Notes: generated from the sequence alone by a model not told the origin. 64,000 bases of DNA from Patescibacteria group bacterium (GCA_040384865.1 JAZKIM010000004.1:75974-139973), one strand, 5' to 3'; shown: positions 1-10,513, numbered from the stretch's first letter. Translations and numbers: made by a program.

Positions 1-1
1 T

Positions 2-229
2 CGCATCTGGATTCGCGTCTTCCCAGATCGACCATGGACACAGAAAGCTGCTGAAGTAGGTATGGGTAAAGGAAAGGGTGATCCTCAGGGTTATTGTGTC
101 GAGGTAAAGCCGGGACGTGTCATCTTCGAAGTTGACGGTATCGACGAGGTCATCGCTCGAGAAGCGCTTCGAAAGGCAGGTAGTAAGCTTCCTATTAAGA
201 CCCGAATCATTACCCGTCACGACGCTTAA
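2..229 (+). CDS. rplP: 50S ribosomal protein L16, 3' part (truncated by window start)
   Basis: Frame 2 reads [26 protein letters not shown]...[11 protein letters not shown]...KLPIKTR, stop at 227-229; lies upstream of L29 and S17. Confidence 0.97.
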   Translation, partial: RIWIRVFPDRPWTQKAAEVGMGKGKGDPQGYCVEVKPGRVIFEVDGIDEVIAREALRKAGSKLPIKTRIITRHDA

Positions 230-239
230 ATTATCATAT

Positions 240-497
240 ATGTCTGAATACAAAGGAAAATCTAAAAAGGACCTCGTAAAGACTCTCGTTGAAAAGAGAG
301 ACGCTCTTCAGAATTTCCGATTCGGCATCTCTGGAGGGAAGGCAAAAAATGTTAAGGAAGGACGAACTATCCGAAAGGAAATTGCTCGAATTCAGACAGA
401 ACTGAGTGCGCAGATGATTGCCGAAAAGGTGGAAGCTCCAAAGGCTGAAGTTAAGAAATCTTCTGCTCCAAAGAAGGCTAAAGCAGCAAAGAAATAA
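240..497 (+). CDS. rpmC: 50S ribosomal protein L29 with Lys/Ala-rich C-terminal tail
   Basis: ATG at 240; LQNFRF...RTIRKEIARIQT motif; operon position. Confidence 0.93.
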   Translation: MSEYKGKSKKDLVKTLVEKRDALQNFRFGISGGKAKNVKEGRTIRKEIARIQTELSAQMIAEKVEAPKAEVKKSSAPKKAKAAKK

Positions 498-517
498 ATT
501 TAATAATAAAAACTGAC

Positions 518-775
518 ATGATTACCTCAACTACAACAAACACAGCATCAAAGAAACGAGTTCTTTCGGGTGTTGTTGTCTCTGATAAAATGAAAGACAC
601 TATCGTCGTGTCAGTGGAAAGATATGTAAAGGTCCCTAAGTATAATAAGTATGTAACTCGAACAAAGAAGTTCAAGGCTCATGATGCGGGGAATACAAAG
701 AAAATCGGTGACAAGGTCGAAATTCAGGAATGTGCTCCAATTTCGAAGGATAAGCACTTCACTCTCGTCAAATAA
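518..775 (+). CDS. rpsQ: 30S ribosomal protein S17
   Basis: GVVVSDKMKDTIVV...KFKAHD...PISKDKHF. Confidence 0.98.
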   Translation: MITSTTTNTASKKRVLSGVVVSDKMKDTIVVSVERYVKVPKYNKYVTRTKKFKAHDAGNTKKIGDKVEIQECAPISKDKHFTLVK

Positions 776-785
776 TTAAACCACC

Positions 786-1157
786 ATGTTACAACCACGC
801 TCAATCATTAACGTAGCAGATAACACAGGCGCAAAGATCGTCCGTGTCTTCAAGGTACTTGGTTCTGCCAAAAAGCGATATGCTGAAATTGGCGATATTG
901 TTGTTGTATCAGTACAAAAAGCTGAGCCTCGAAAGGCGGTGAAGAAAAAAGATGTTCTTCAGGCGGTTGTTGTTCGACAGAAGAAAGCCTTTCGACGAAA
1001 GGATGGATCATATGTCCGATTTGATGAAAATGCAGTGGTTATTCTTGATAAGGGAAAGAAAGAACCTCTCGCGGGTCGTATCTTCGGTCCAATTCCTCGA
1101 GAAATTGCTGAAAAAGGTTTTCAGACTATCGCTTCACGTGCGCCTGAAATCGTATAA
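786..1157 (+). CDS. rplN: 50S ribosomal protein L14
   Basis: VADNTGAK...VRFDENAVV...RIFGPIPRE. Confidence 0.98.
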   Translation: MLQPRSIINVADNTGAKIVRVFKVLGSAKKRYAEIGDIVVVSVQKAEPRKAVKKKDVLQAVVVRQKKAFRRKDGSYVRFDENAVVILDKGKKEPLAGRIFGPIPREIAEKGFQTIASRAPEIV

Positions 1158-1180
1158 CACCTCCATTTAAATATACATAT

Positions 1181-1480
1181 ATGAAAATAAAATCAGGAGA
1201 TAATATAATAGTGATCGCAGGAAAGGACAAGGGTACAACAGCCAAGGTTCTTAAGGCAATGCCTAAGGAGAACATGGTACTTGTTGAAGGTACTAATATG
1301 CGGAAGCGACACAAGCGATCAAATAAGCAGAATAGTAAGGGTCAGATTGTAGACTTCGCTACTCCGATGCATGTTTCAAATGTTATGGTAGTCGACGGTG
1401 GCAAGCGAACTCGAGTTGGGAAGAAGCTTGTGGGTGAAAGATATGTTCGAATCAGTCGAAAGTCAGGAAAGACTCTATAA
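1181..1480 (+). CDS. rplX: 50S ribosomal protein L24
   Basis: KOW motif IKSGDNIIVIAGKDKG; PMHVSNVM. Confidence 0.97.
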   Translation: MKIKSGDNIIVIAGKDKGTTAKVLKAMPKENMVLVEGTNMRKRHKRSNKQNSKGQIVDFATPMHVSNVMVVDGGKRTRVGKKLVGERYVRISRKSGKTL

Positions 1481-1497
1481 AAAAGAAATAAACGACC

Positions 1498-2049
1498 ATG
1501 AAAAATCATCTTACTGTAAAAGAAAAAGGAGCAAAGGCATTCGACGCGTTGAAGGATCGGTTTGGCTATAAGAACAAGCTTCAGGCACCTCGGATCGTCA
1601 AGATCACTCTTTCTGCTACAACTGGTTCTGTTAAGGACCCAAAGAAGAAGGAGCTTATTGGTGATCGAATGAATAAGATTGCGGGTCAGAAGGCTACTCC
1701 CACCGCAGCCAAGAAGTCCGTCGCTTCATTTAAAGTGCGACAGGGCGACAAGATCGGTTACCAGGTAACACTTCGCGGAGAGCGAATGTGGAGCTTCCTT
1801 GAGAAGCTGGTGAATATTGCACTCCCTCGAACTCGAGACTTTCGTGGTATTGAAGCTAAGTCGGTGGATGCTATGGGAAACTATACTCTTGGAATCAAGG
1901 AGCATACGGTATTTCCTGAGACAGCCGATGAAGAAATCAAAGATGTCTTCGGTTTCGCTGTCACTTTGGTAACTTCTGCTAAGAAGAAGGAGGAGACTAA
2001 GGCGTTGCTTGAACATTTGGGCTTTTTGTTCAAAAAGAGCGATAAATAA
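1498..2049 (+). CDS. rplE: 50S ribosomal protein L5
   Basis: AKKSVASFKVRQG...VTLRG...ALPRTRDFRG...GNYTLGIKEHTVFPE. Confidence 0.98.
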   Translation: MKNHLTVKEKGAKAFDALKDRFGYKNKLQAPRIVKITLSATTGSVKDPKKKELIGDRMNKIAGQKATPTAAKKSVASFKVRQGDKIGYQVTLRGERMWSFLEKLVNIALPRTRDFRGIEAKSVDAMGNYTLGIKEHTVFPETADEEIKDVFGFAVTLVTSAKKKEETKALLEHLGFLFKKSDK

Positions 2050-2098
2050 CATTGACTTTGAGCCTTTAAATTGATACCATCACAAAACATTACGTAAT

Positions 2099-2284
2099 AT
2101 GGCAAAAACATCCACAGTCGCACGATCCCTTAAAGCACCGAAGTTCCAGAGTCGGGTAGTTCGACGATGTTTCCGATGTGGAAGAAAGCGAGGCTATATG
2201 CGAGACTTCGATATGTGTCGAATTTGCTTCCGAGAGGCTGCAAACGAAGGACGTATTCCTGGTATAAAGAAATCATCATGGTAG
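2099..2284 (+). CDS. rpsN: 30S ribosomal protein S14, Zn-binding type
   Basis: 61 aa with CFRC...CRIC and a KKSSW end. Confidence 0.97.
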   Translation: MAKTSTVARSLKAPKFQSRVVRRCFRCGRKRGYMRDFDMCRICFREAANEGRIPGIKKSSW

Positions 2285-2667
2285 ACACTATTTCATCACT
2301 TATCATAAAGCTTAAAAACGCAAACATTGCAGGTAAGACAATGGTTTCTTTTCCTTACTCAAAGCTTCGAGAGGCAATTCTTATAACTCTTGAAAAAGAA
2401 GGTTTTGTGAAAGCTGTTTCAAAGAAGGGTAAGAAAGTTACAAAGACGGTTGAAGCTGAACTTGTCTATGTTGAAGGAAAGCCTCGAATCACTGATATTG
2501 AACAGATTTCAAAACAGTCTCGACGGGTGTATCAGGGAGCAAAGGAGATTCGTCTTGTGAATAGCGGCTTCGGAGCGCTCATTCTTACCACCCCAAAGGG
2601 AGTTTTGACAGGGCGAGAGGCTCGAAAGGAAAAGGTCGGCGGTGAAGTTCTCTTTAGAATTTGGTAA
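2278..2667 (+). CDS. rpsH: 30S ribosomal protein S8
   Basis: ATG at 2278 overlaps the rpsN end; MVDTIS...ILTTPKGVLTGREARKEKVGGEVL. Confidence 0.97.
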   Translation: MVDTISSLIIKLKNANIAGKTMVSFPYSKLREAILITLEKEGFVKAVSKKGKKVTKTVEAELVYVEGKPRITDIEQISKQSRRVYQGAKEIRLVNSGFGALILTTPKGVLTGREARKEKVGGEVLFRIW

Positions 2668-2697
2668 TCATTTTCATATTTAATTAATCGCATCATC

Positions 2698-3231
2698 ATG
2701 TCACGAACAGGTAAACAAAAACTCGAAATTCCAGCAAAGACAGAAGTCACTTTCGTTGACGGTTTGTTTACTGTGAAAGGACCAAAAGGTGAACTCAAGC
2801 GAGAGTTTAAAAATTCTATTGCTATCAAGATCGATGGTTCAATCATTACTCTTGAGCCAGTAAAGAAGACTCTCGAAACTAATGCACTTTGGGGTACATA
2901 TGCATCTCATATAAAGAACATGATTGCTGGCGTTAATACTCCATATATCAAGAAACTTATTCTTGAAGGTATTGGATACAAAGCTGATGTTGTTGGTACT
3001 ACGCTCAAGATGGCATTAGGTTTTTCTCATCCAGTAAATGTGGAGATCCCTGCGGGCATTACTGTCACTTCAGAAAAAGGTATTCTCACGATTACTGGCG
3101 CTGATAAGGAAGCTGTTGGACAGTTTGCTGCAGAAACACGTTCTCTAAAGAAGCCTGAGCCGTATAAGGGTAAGGGATTCCGATATGAAGGTGAGATAAT
3201 TAAGCGAAAGCAGGGTAAGAAAACTGCATAA
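2698..3231 (+). CDS. rplF: 50S ribosomal protein L6
   Basis: MSRTGK...VKGPKGEL...LGFSHPV...PEPYKGKG. Confidence 0.98.
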   Translation: MSRTGKQKLEIPAKTEVTFVDGLFTVKGPKGELKREFKNSIAIKIDGSIITLEPVKKTLETNALWGTYASHIKNMIAGVNTPYIKKLILEGIGYKADVVGTTLKMALGFSHPVNVEIPAGITVTSEKGILTITGADKEAVGQFAAETRSLKKPEPYKGKGFRYEGEIIKRKQGKKTA

Positions 3232-3241
3232 TAAAACCGCC

Positions 3242-3586
3242 ATGAAACAACACATTATTTCATCAACACGAGATCGACGACGAAAGCGCATTCGAGCGAA
3301 GATTTCTGGTACCGCAGAACGACCTCGACTTTCTATCTACAAGTCAAATACAACCATCTACGCACAGCTCATCAATGACGAAAGTGGAGTGACTTTGGCA
3401 GCTGCCTCAACTAAGGGTCAGAAGGGAAACAAGACGGAGGCAGCAAAAGCGGCAGGTGTTGCACTTGCAAAAGCAGCGACAACGAATAATATTACTACTG
3501 TTGTATTCGACCGAGGTGGATTCATTTACACTGGACGAGTAAAAGCCCTTGCGGAAGGTGCTCGAGAAGGCGGACTCAAATTCTAA
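3242..3586 (+). CDS. rplR: 50S ribosomal protein L18
   Basis: GTAERPRLS...[28 protein letters not shown]. Confidence 0.98.
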   Translation: MKQHIISSTRDRRRKRIRAKISGTAERPRLSIYKSNTTIYAQLINDESGVTLAAASTKGQKGNKTEAAKAAGVALAKAATTNNITTVVFDRGGFIYTGRVKALAEGAREGGLKF

Positions 3587-3591
3587 ATACT

Positions 3592-4299
3592 ATGAACGAC
3601 GAAATAAAAACACAGACAAATACAGAGCCGGCCCCAGTAGCACCAGCTGCTATTGAATCAGTTCTTGCGGCAGCAACTGGAGCACAGGCTGTTCCATCGG
3701 CACCTGCACGAAGTGCAGATCGACGAGGCGCTTTTGCTGGCGGTGGACTGGGCGGAGATCGACGAGGTGGTCAAGGTGGTGGTGGACGAGGAGGCGAACG
3801 ACGTGGCGGACCACGACGCGAACCTCGTGCTAAACCTGAATTTGATCAGAAGATCATCTCCATCAGACGTGTAACTCGAGTGGCATCGGGAGGACGACGA
3901 TTTAGCTTCGCTGTTTCTCTCGTTGCTGGTGATCGAAAAGGTAAGGTGGGTGTAGGTACAGGAAAAGGAGGAGATACAGCGCTCGCTGTAGATAAGGCAG
4001 CTCGAAACGCTAAGAAGAACATGATCACTGTTAATACAACAAAGACGGGAAGCATTGCTCATGAAGTGAAGGCTAAATACTCAAGCGCGCGTGTTGAAAT
4101 GATGCCTGCTCCTGGAAAAGGAATTGTAGCAGGAAGCTCAGTTCGAGATGTTATCGACCTTGCTGGAATCAAAGATATTACAGCAAAGCTTCGATCTGGA
4201 ACAAAAAATAAGCTTAACAACGCTCGAGCCGCGGTCTTGGCACTTAGCATGATCAAGAAGCCTCGAGCTCAGCACACTCCATCAACTCCTGCAAAATAA
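3592..4299 (+). CDS. rpsE: 30S ribosomal protein S5 with long RGG-rich N-terminal extension
   Basis: IRRVTRVASGGRRFSF...VGVGTGK...PAPGKGIVAG. Confidence 0.97.
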   Translation: MNDEIKTQTNTEPAPVAPAAIESVLAAATGAQAVPSAPARSADRRGAFAGGGLGGDRRGGQGGGGRGGERRGGPRREPRAKPEFDQKIISIRRVTRVASGGRRFSFAVSLVAGDRKGKVGVGTGKGGDTALAVDKAARNAKKNMITVNTTKTGSIAHEVKAKYSSARVEMMPAPGKGIVAGSSVRDVIDLAGIKDITAKLRSGTKNKLNNARAAVLALSMIKKPRAQHTPSTPAK

Positions 4300-4316
4300 T
4301 TTTTAATAAAACTGCC

Positions 4317-4754
4317 ATGCAAAACCATAATCTTAAGCGAAAGACTCCAAACAAGAAAAGCGCCCTCATCGGACGTGGTGGTAAGCGCGGCAAGACTTCA
4401 GGAAAGGGAGGAAAGGGGCAGACAGCTCGAGCGGGTGCGAAGGTTCGTCCAGAGATCCGAGACACTATTAAGCGACTTCCAAAGCTTCGAGGTCGAGGAA
4501 AGAATTCGTTCCTTTCTATACAGACAAAGCCTATCGCTGTATACCTCGATCAACTTTCAGTTTTTAAGGCAGGTGAAAAAGTTACTCCAAAGACACTTGT
4601 AGACAAGGGTGTTACAGAGATATATAAAGGGCGATACCCAGCTATAAAAATTCTTTCAAACGGAGATATCGAAACTAAGCTAGTTATTTCAGGATGTACA
4701 GTATCAGCGGGTGCTAAGGTAAAGATCGAAGCCGCGGGAGGTTCTGTAAAGTAA
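4317..4754 (+). CDS. rplO: 50S ribosomal protein L15
   Basis: IGRGGKRGKTSGKGGKGQTARAG...RLPKLRG; follows rpsE directly with no rpmD. Confidence 0.97.
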   Translation: MQNHNLKRKTPNKKSALIGRGGKRGKTSGKGGKGQTARAGAKVRPEIRDTIKRLPKLRGRGKNSFLSIQTKPIAVYLDQLSVFKAGEKVTPKTLVDKGVTEIYKGRYPAIKILSNGDIETKLVISGCTVSAGAKVKIEAAGGSVK

Positions 4755-4755
4755 C

Positions 4756-6027
4756 ATGACAAACTTTTTTCAAAAACTTAAGACGCTTTTCACTGACAAG
4801 ACACTCCGAAATCGAATACTATTCGTTATCGGAGCTCTTGTTGTTTTCCGATTACTTGCGGTAGTTCCAATTCCGGGTGTTGATGCGGGGGCTCTTGCAA
4901 ATTTCCTTGCTGGCAATCAGTTCTTCGGACTTTTGAATATTTTCTCTGGAGGAGGTCTTTCAACTCTCTCTATTGTAATGCTCGGTGTTGGTCCATATAT
5001 CACCGCATCTATCATTATGCAGTTGTTTACGATGATGTCTGAAAGTATGAAGGCAATGTACCAGGAAGAAGGGGAGGCTGGACGACGAAAATTCAATCAG
5101 TACACTCGACTTATCACAGTTCCCCTCGCATTCATTCAGGCATTTGCGTTCATTGTCATCCTTCAGCGACAGGGAATCGTGGCAAGTCTTGGTACCTTTG
5201 ACCTTGTAAGAAACGTTATGGTTATAGTTACCGGATCAATGCTTCTTATGTGGATAGGTGAATTAATGACAGAGTTTGGTATAGGTAACGGTCTTTCTAT
5301 GATTATCTTTGCTGGTATCGTTTCTTCTATTCCTACAACCATCGGTCAGTTCCGTGTCATCTACGATCCAGCGCAGTTTCCGCTCTATGTCGGTCTTGTA
5401 GTGGCGGCGCTCGCCATCATCTACGCTGTTGTTTACGTTACTGAAGCGGAACGACCGATTCCAGTCACTTATGCAAAGCAGGTACGTGGCGGTAAGATGT
5501 ATGGAGGCGCTTCAACTTACCTTCCACTTCGTCTTAACCAGGCTGGTGTTATTCCAATCATCTTCGCCCTTTCAATCCTTCTCTTACCTCAAATGATATT
5601 CAATCTTTTGTCGTATGCTAATAACGTAACAATTGCTCGGATTTCTGTTTCTATATCAGATTTCATGGCTAACCCATGGCTCTATGCTTTGGCATATTTC
5701 ATCCTTGTATTTCTCTTTACCTTCTTCTATACAGCTGTTACCTTCGATCCACAGACGATTTCTACGAATCTTCAGAAGAATGGAGCATTCATCCCCGGGG
5801 TACGTCCTGGCGACCCTACAGCGGTTCATTTGAGCCGTGTGGTAACACGAATCACTCTTGTCGGCGCCCTTTTCCTTGGTGTTATCGCAGTCCTTCCGCC
5901 TGTTGTTCACGCTGTTACTGGTATTCAACAAATCACTATTGGTGGTACGGCACTTCTCATCGTGGTATCTGTGGTGCTTGATTTGGTAAAGAAAGTAGAT
6001 GCTCAGTTAGCAATGCGGGAATATTAA
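4756..6027 (+). CDS. secY: Preprotein translocase subunit SecY
   Basis: LGVGPYITASII, GIGNGLSMIIFAGI, AGVIPIIFA, IPGVRPG, GGTALLIVV. Confidence 0.99.
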   Translation: MTNFFQKLKTLFTDKTLRNRILFVIGALVVFRLLAVVPIPGVDAGALANFLAGNQFFGLLNIFSGGGLSTLSIVMLGVGPYITASIIMQLFTMMSESMKAMYQEEGEAGRRKFNQYTRLITVPLAFIQAFAFIVILQRQGIVASLGTFDLVRNVMVIVTGSMLLMWIGELMTEFGIGNGLSMIIFAGIVSSIPTTIGQFRVIYDPAQFPLYVGLVVAALAIIYAVVYVTEAERPIPVTYAKQVRGGKMYGGASTYLPLRLNQAGVIPIIFALSILLLPQMIFNLLSYANNVTIARISVSISDFMANPWLYALAYFILVFLFTFFYTAVTFDPQTISTNLQKNGAFIPGVRPGDPTAVHLSRVVTRITLVGALFLGVIAVLPPVVHAVTGIQQITIGGTALLIVVSVVLDLVKKVDAQLAMREY

Positions 6028-6036
6028 TATTGACTC

Positions 6037-6079
6037 TTAGAAAAAAGCCTCGTGTTTAAGACGCGAGGCTTTTTTCTAA
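6037..6079 (+). terminator. Intrinsic terminator after secY
   Basis: TTAGAAAAAAGCCTCG...CGAGGCTTTTTTCTAA inverted repeat with T-tract. Confidence 0.85.
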
Positions 6080-6178
6080 ATGTAAGGGATTTTGGTCAAA
6101 ATATATGGTTTGAAAAAGGTTCAAGTGTTTCAATCTGTTAAGATGGCTCATTAGTAAACAATATCTTATAATAAACAC

Positions 6179-6793
6179 ATGACACCTCGCACATTCATTC
6201 TCATGGGTCGTTCCGGTTGTGGTAAGGGGACGCAAGGAAAGATGCTCCGTGATTTCATCACCGCTCACGATGATGAACAGCGTAAGGTTTTCTATCTCGA
6301 AACAGGTGAACGTTTTCGTGAATTCATAAAGGGTAAAAGTTTTTCAAGTAAATTAGCAGGGGAGATAAACAATATGGGAGCGTCACAACCCGCATTCCTT
6401 GCGGTGTGGAACTGGGCACACTTGATGGTCGAAGAATTGACAGGGGAAGAGCATGTTTTTGTTGATGGTACTCCACGTTCGTTCCAAGAAGCACTGGTCT
6501 TTGATTCAGCTGTTACTTTTTATGGACGGAACAAGCCGGTAGTTATTTATATTGACGTTAGCAAAGAATGGTCGAAAGAACGCCTTGTTGCAAGAGCGGG
6601 AACGGAAGGACGTGTAGACGACCAGAAGACTGAGCAGATAGATAATAGGCTTTCGTGGTTTGATACCGATGTTGTCCCTGCTATCGATTATTTTCGAGTG
6701 AATGGTCGTTATCGATATCTACATATAAACGGAGAGCAACCTATTGAAAAGGTACACGCTGATATTATTGCAGAATTAGGGCGAAGCGAGTAG
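6179..6793 (+). CDS. adk: Adenylate kinase-like nucleoside monophosphate kinase (short LID)
   Basis: P-loop GRSGCGKGTQ, DGTPRS, GRVDD; position after secY. Confidence 0.88.
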   Translation: MTPRTFILMGRSGCGKGTQGKMLRDFITAHDDEQRKVFYLETGERFREFIKGKSFSSKLAGEINNMGASQPAFLAVWNWAHLMVEELTGEEHVFVDGTPRSFQEALVFDSAVTFYGRNKPVVIYIDVSKEWSKERLVARAGTEGRVDDQKTEQIDNRLSWFDTDVVPAIDYFRVNGRYRYLHINGEQPIEKVHADIIAELGRSE

Positions 6794-6805
6794 TATGATT
6801 TTTAC

Positions 6806-7609
6806 ATGTCTGGCGTAACCATTAAAACAGCGGTGGATATAGAAATTCTCCGAAGGGCAGGAAAGATCCTGGCTGATATTTTGAGTGAACTAGAAGCTGT
6901 TGCAAAGGTTGGAATCACTTCATTTGAGCTTGAAAAGACGGCTCTCAAACTGACTAAAAAAGCTGGGGCAAAACCAGCTTTTTTGGGGTATACCCCTCAA
7001 GGAGCTTCTCGGCCATATCCCGCAGCACTTTGTCTTTCAATAAACGACGTTGTGGTGCATGGTATTCCAAATGCAGTTTCGTATACACTTAAAGATGGTG
7101 ACCTTGTCACTCTGGATATGGGTATCTCGTATAAAGGAATGATCGTAGACAGTGCAACCACCATAGGTGTAGGAGATGTGGATAGTAAGGGTAAGCAGCT
7201 TTTAAAGGCTGGTAAAGAAGCTCTTGATGCTGCGGTTGAAATTTGCAAACATTGGACTGAAAAGAAGGTTAGTATAAAGACGGGGGATATTGGCATGGCT
7301 ATTGAAAAAGCTGGTGAATACTATCGCAAAACCTATGGCTTCAATTTTGCAGAAGGTCTTGGCGGTCATGGAGTAGGATATTATGTTCACGAGGATCCAT
7401 TTATACCAAATTTCGGTAAGCCGGGACAGGGTGTTGTCTTAAAACCAGGTATGGTCATTGCAATTGAGCCAATCTTGAACGAGGGCGACGAACGAATCAC
7501 TCTCGATGACGACGACTACACCTATCGTACCTTTGATGGGAAACGAAGCGTGCACTTTGAACATACCGTTTTGATAACAGAGAAGGGGGCAGAAGTTTTG
7601 ACCGCATAA
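6806..7609 (+). CDS. map: Methionine aminopeptidase type I
   Basis: SINDVVVHGIP, DSATT, GHGVG..VHEDP, AIEP, HFEHTV. Confidence 0.97.
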   Translation: MSGVTIKTAVDIEILRRAGKILADILSELEAVAKVGITSFELEKTALKLTKKAGAKPAFLGYTPQGASRPYPAALCLSINDVVVHGIPNAVSYTLKDGDLVTLDMGISYKGMIVDSATTIGVGDVDSKGKQLLKAGKEALDAAVEICKHWTEKKVSIKTGDIGMAIEKAGEYYRKTYGFNFAEGLGGHGVGYYVHEDPFIPNFGKPGQGVVLKPGMVIAIEPILNEGDERITLDDDDYTYRTFDGKRSVHFEHTVLITEKGAEVLTA

Positions 7610-7705
7610 TAGCTTTGATATATTCAGTTTATGGAAGCAGGACGGGCAAAATAAAAAATGACTAAATCTACGCCATTGTTCCGTCTTGATATATAATAGT
7701 AATCA

Positions 7706-10513
7706 ATGGAACAAAGTGGTTTAACATATGAAGGCAAGCAGTTCAGCTCGGCAGAAGAAGAGCTTCAATATTTGCGCGATGTTGTGTCAAAAAGAGAGCG
7801 AGCTGCCTCTTCAATAGGAGAGAGTAAGGAACGAGAAGCTATCATTGCTGAAGAACTTTCTACTTACAGTCAACAACAGGCGGACCGCGTACTTCACGAG
7901 CATTACAAGATTCCTGAGCAAGAGAAGCGGGAGATTGTACTTGAGCTTTCTCCAGAAGCTCATGATAAGAAGATAGAGGAGCTATTAGCAATCCTCTATG
8001 AACGAGGAGTGCTCAATGCCATTAGTGTCGCTCGTGCTTTGAATAATCCTCATATTGACGATGATTTTCATCGTTTTCTCATTGAATATATAAAGAAAGG
8101 ATTGCCGACGCCTGGTTTAAAGGAAACACTTCCTATAGCAAAAGCTTTGAAACATACTCTTTACGAGGTTTCTTTGCCTGAGGCTAAAAAAGATGATCAG
8201 AAGAAAGTACTCAAAGAAATGCTTTCATCGATGGAACAATTTTATTCTGGCATGCTTTCAGTTTCCGGAGGTAACAAGACGCCCGAAGAAAATCAGTTCG
8301 CAATAGAATTGGCCGTAGCCGACGGGAGTGAAGAATTCGTTTTTTATGTCTCAGTGCCACACAGTAAGTCCGGTCTCTTCGAAAAACAATTTCTTTCGAT
8401 CTTTCCAAACGCGAAGATTGTTGAAAAGAAAGACAGTTACAATGTATTCAATGTAGACGGTGTTGCCGTGGGTGCAATTGCACAGCAAACAAAGAATTCA
8501 ATTTTCCCAATCAAGCAATACGATCAATTTGACTATGATCCATTGAACGTTATCCTCAATACACTGTCGAAAATAGATAAGGAAGGGGAGGGTGCGTCAA
8601 TTCAAATTATTTTCAATCCTGTCGGAGATTATTATACCAAGCTCTTCAAAACAGCTCTTGATGATATTAATAAAGGCACAAGTGTAAAGAAGGCTATTGA
8701 TATCCGTCATAGTTTTTGGGGTGAATTCAGTAAGGTTGCCGGAGAAGTAGCGAAAGAGCTTGCTAAGGAAGCTGTAAAGGGCCCCAAGGAAGAAAAGAAA
8801 GACAAACCAATCGATCAGATCACAGTTGAACAGATCACCGTGAAGATATCGAGCCCTATTGTTGAAACAAATATTCGTATTGTTACTTCCGCTGCAAATC
8901 GTCCTCGTGCCGAGCATATTCTCTCTGACATCGAGTCTGCATTTAATCAGTTCGAAAACTCTCTTGGCTCCGGTTTGAAGTTTGATCGAAAGGAAAAAGG
9001 CGAACTCGCCAATCTTTTGCATAATTTTAGTTACAGGCTTTTCGACAAGAACGGAGCAATGCCTGTTTCTCTTCGAGAGCTCACAACCATCATGCATTTT
9101 CCGGTGGAAAGCGTTATTAATTCTTCACAGCTCAAGCAGTCAAAAGCAGGGACCGCTTCGGCCCCAATCGGTTTGCCAAAAAATGGCATTTATCTCGGCA
9201 CAAATAAACACCGTAATACCGAGACAAAGATATTTATGAGTAAAGAAGACCGTCTCCGACACTTCTATGCGATTGGTCAGACCGGTACTGGTAAGTCGAC
9301 TATGCTTAAGAATATGATAATTCAGGATATAAAAAATGGAGATGGAATTTGTTTCATTGATCCTCATGGGTCTGATGTGCAGGATATCCTTGCCCATATA
9401 CCGCCTGAGCGATTTGATGATGTCATTTACTTCGATCCGTCCCACGTAGAACGTCCCATGGCCCTTAATATGCTGGAATATAATAGAAGCTATCCAGAAC
9501 AGAAGACATTCATTGTCAATGAACTGTTCAGTATTTTCCAAAAGTTGTACGGCGCTAATCCTGAATCGATGGGGCCTATGTTCGAGCAGTATTTCCGAAA
9601 TGCAACAATGCTTGTGATAGAAGATCCTGACAGCGGGTGTACATTACTTGATGTGTCGCGAGTGATGGCGGTAAAGAGCTTTCGAGATTTGAAGATATCG
9701 AAATGTAAGAACCCTGTTGTAGTTCAGTTTTGGAAAGAGATTGCTGAGAAGGCGGGGGGAGAAGGGTCGCTTCAGAATATGGTGCCATACATCACCAGTA
9801 AGTTCGATGTATTCTTGGCGAACGATATTATGCGTCCGATTATTGCTCAGGAAAAATCCAGCTTTAATTTCCGAGATATCATGGACAACAAAAAGATCCT
9901 TCTTGTAAACTTGGCCAAGGGTCGTCTTGGTGATATCAACTCATCTCTTATCGGCCTCATTCTTGTGGGAAAGATCCTGATGGCTGCGCTTTCCCGTGTT
10001 GATTCATTTGGCAAGGAAATGCATCCTTTCTATTTATACATAGATGAATTTCAAAACATCACTACGCCATCCATCGCCACTATTCTTTCTGAAGCTCGAA
10101 AGTACAAGCTCTCTCTTAATATTGCTCACCAGTTCATTGCACAACTTGATGAGAATATAAAGGATGCTGTGTTTGGAAACGTTGGATCGCTGGCTGTATT
10201 TCGTGTTGGCGCTGAAGACGCAGAATATTTGCAGAAACAATTTGAACCAGTGTTCACTTCAAATGACATTATGAATATCGATAACATGAATTGTTATTTA
10301 AAGATGCTTTCAGAAGGAAAGCCTACTAGACCATTCAATATTGAATTTAAATGGCCAGAACCTGGAAACAAGAAGATTGTGGAGAAAATAAAGGAATTGT
10401 CATATTTGAAGTTCGGACAGGATAGGGAGGAGGTGGAGGCCGCTATTTTGGAGAGATATAAGAAAGAGCCTGTTCCTGCTCGTGTTGCGGGGTCAAATCC
10501 TTTTGGGATATAA
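7706..10513 (+). CDS. Large FtsK/HerA/TraD(TrwB)-like ATPase typical of CPR
   Basis: RLRHFYAIGQTGTGKST Walker A, IDPHG, YIDEFQN Walker B, EARKY..LNIAHQ, FRVGAEDA. Confidence 0.85.
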   Translation: MEQSGLTYEGKQFSSAEEELQYLRDVVSKRERAASSIGESKEREAIIAEELSTYSQQQADRVLHEHYKIPEQEKREIVLELSPEAHDKKIEELLAILYERGVLNAISVARALNNPHIDDDFHRFLIEYIKKGLPTPGLKETLPIAKALKHTLYEVSLPEAKKDDQKKVLKEMLSSMEQFYSGMLSVSGGNKTPEENQFAIELAVADGSEEFVFYVSVPHSKSGLFEKQFLSIFPNAKIVEKKDSYNVFNVDGVAVGAIAQQTKNSIFPIKQYDQFDYDPLNVILNTLSKIDKEGEGASIQIIFNPVGDYYTKLFKTALDDINKGTSVKKAIDIRHSFWGEFSKVAGEVAKELAKEAVKGPKEEKKDKPIDQITVEQITVKISSPIVETNIRIVTSAANRPRAEHILSDIESAFNQFENSLGSGLKFDRKEKGELANLLHNFSYRLFDKNGAMPVSLRELTTIMHFPVESVINSSQLKQSKAGTASAPIGLPKNGIYLGTNKHRNTETKIFMSKEDRLRHFYAIGQTGTGKSTMLKNMIIQDIKNGDGICFIDPHGSDVQDILAHIPPERFDDVIYFDPSHVERPMALNMLEYNRSYPEQKTFIVNELFSIFQKLYGANPESMGPMFEQYFRNATMLVIEDPDSGCTLLDVSRVMAVKSFRDLKISKCKNPVVVQFWKEIAEKAGGEGSLQNMVPYITSKFDVFLANDIMRPIIAQEKSSFNFRDIMDNKKILLVNLAKGRLGDINSSLIGLILVGKILMAALSRVDSFGKEMHPFYLYIDEFQNITTPSIATILSEARKYKLSLNIAHQFIAQLDENIKDAVFGNVGSLAVFRVGAEDAEYLQKQFEPVFTSNDIMNIDNMNCYLKMLSEGKPTRPFNIEFKWPEPGNKKIVEKIKELSYLKFGQDREEVEAAILERYKKEPVPARVAGSNPFGI

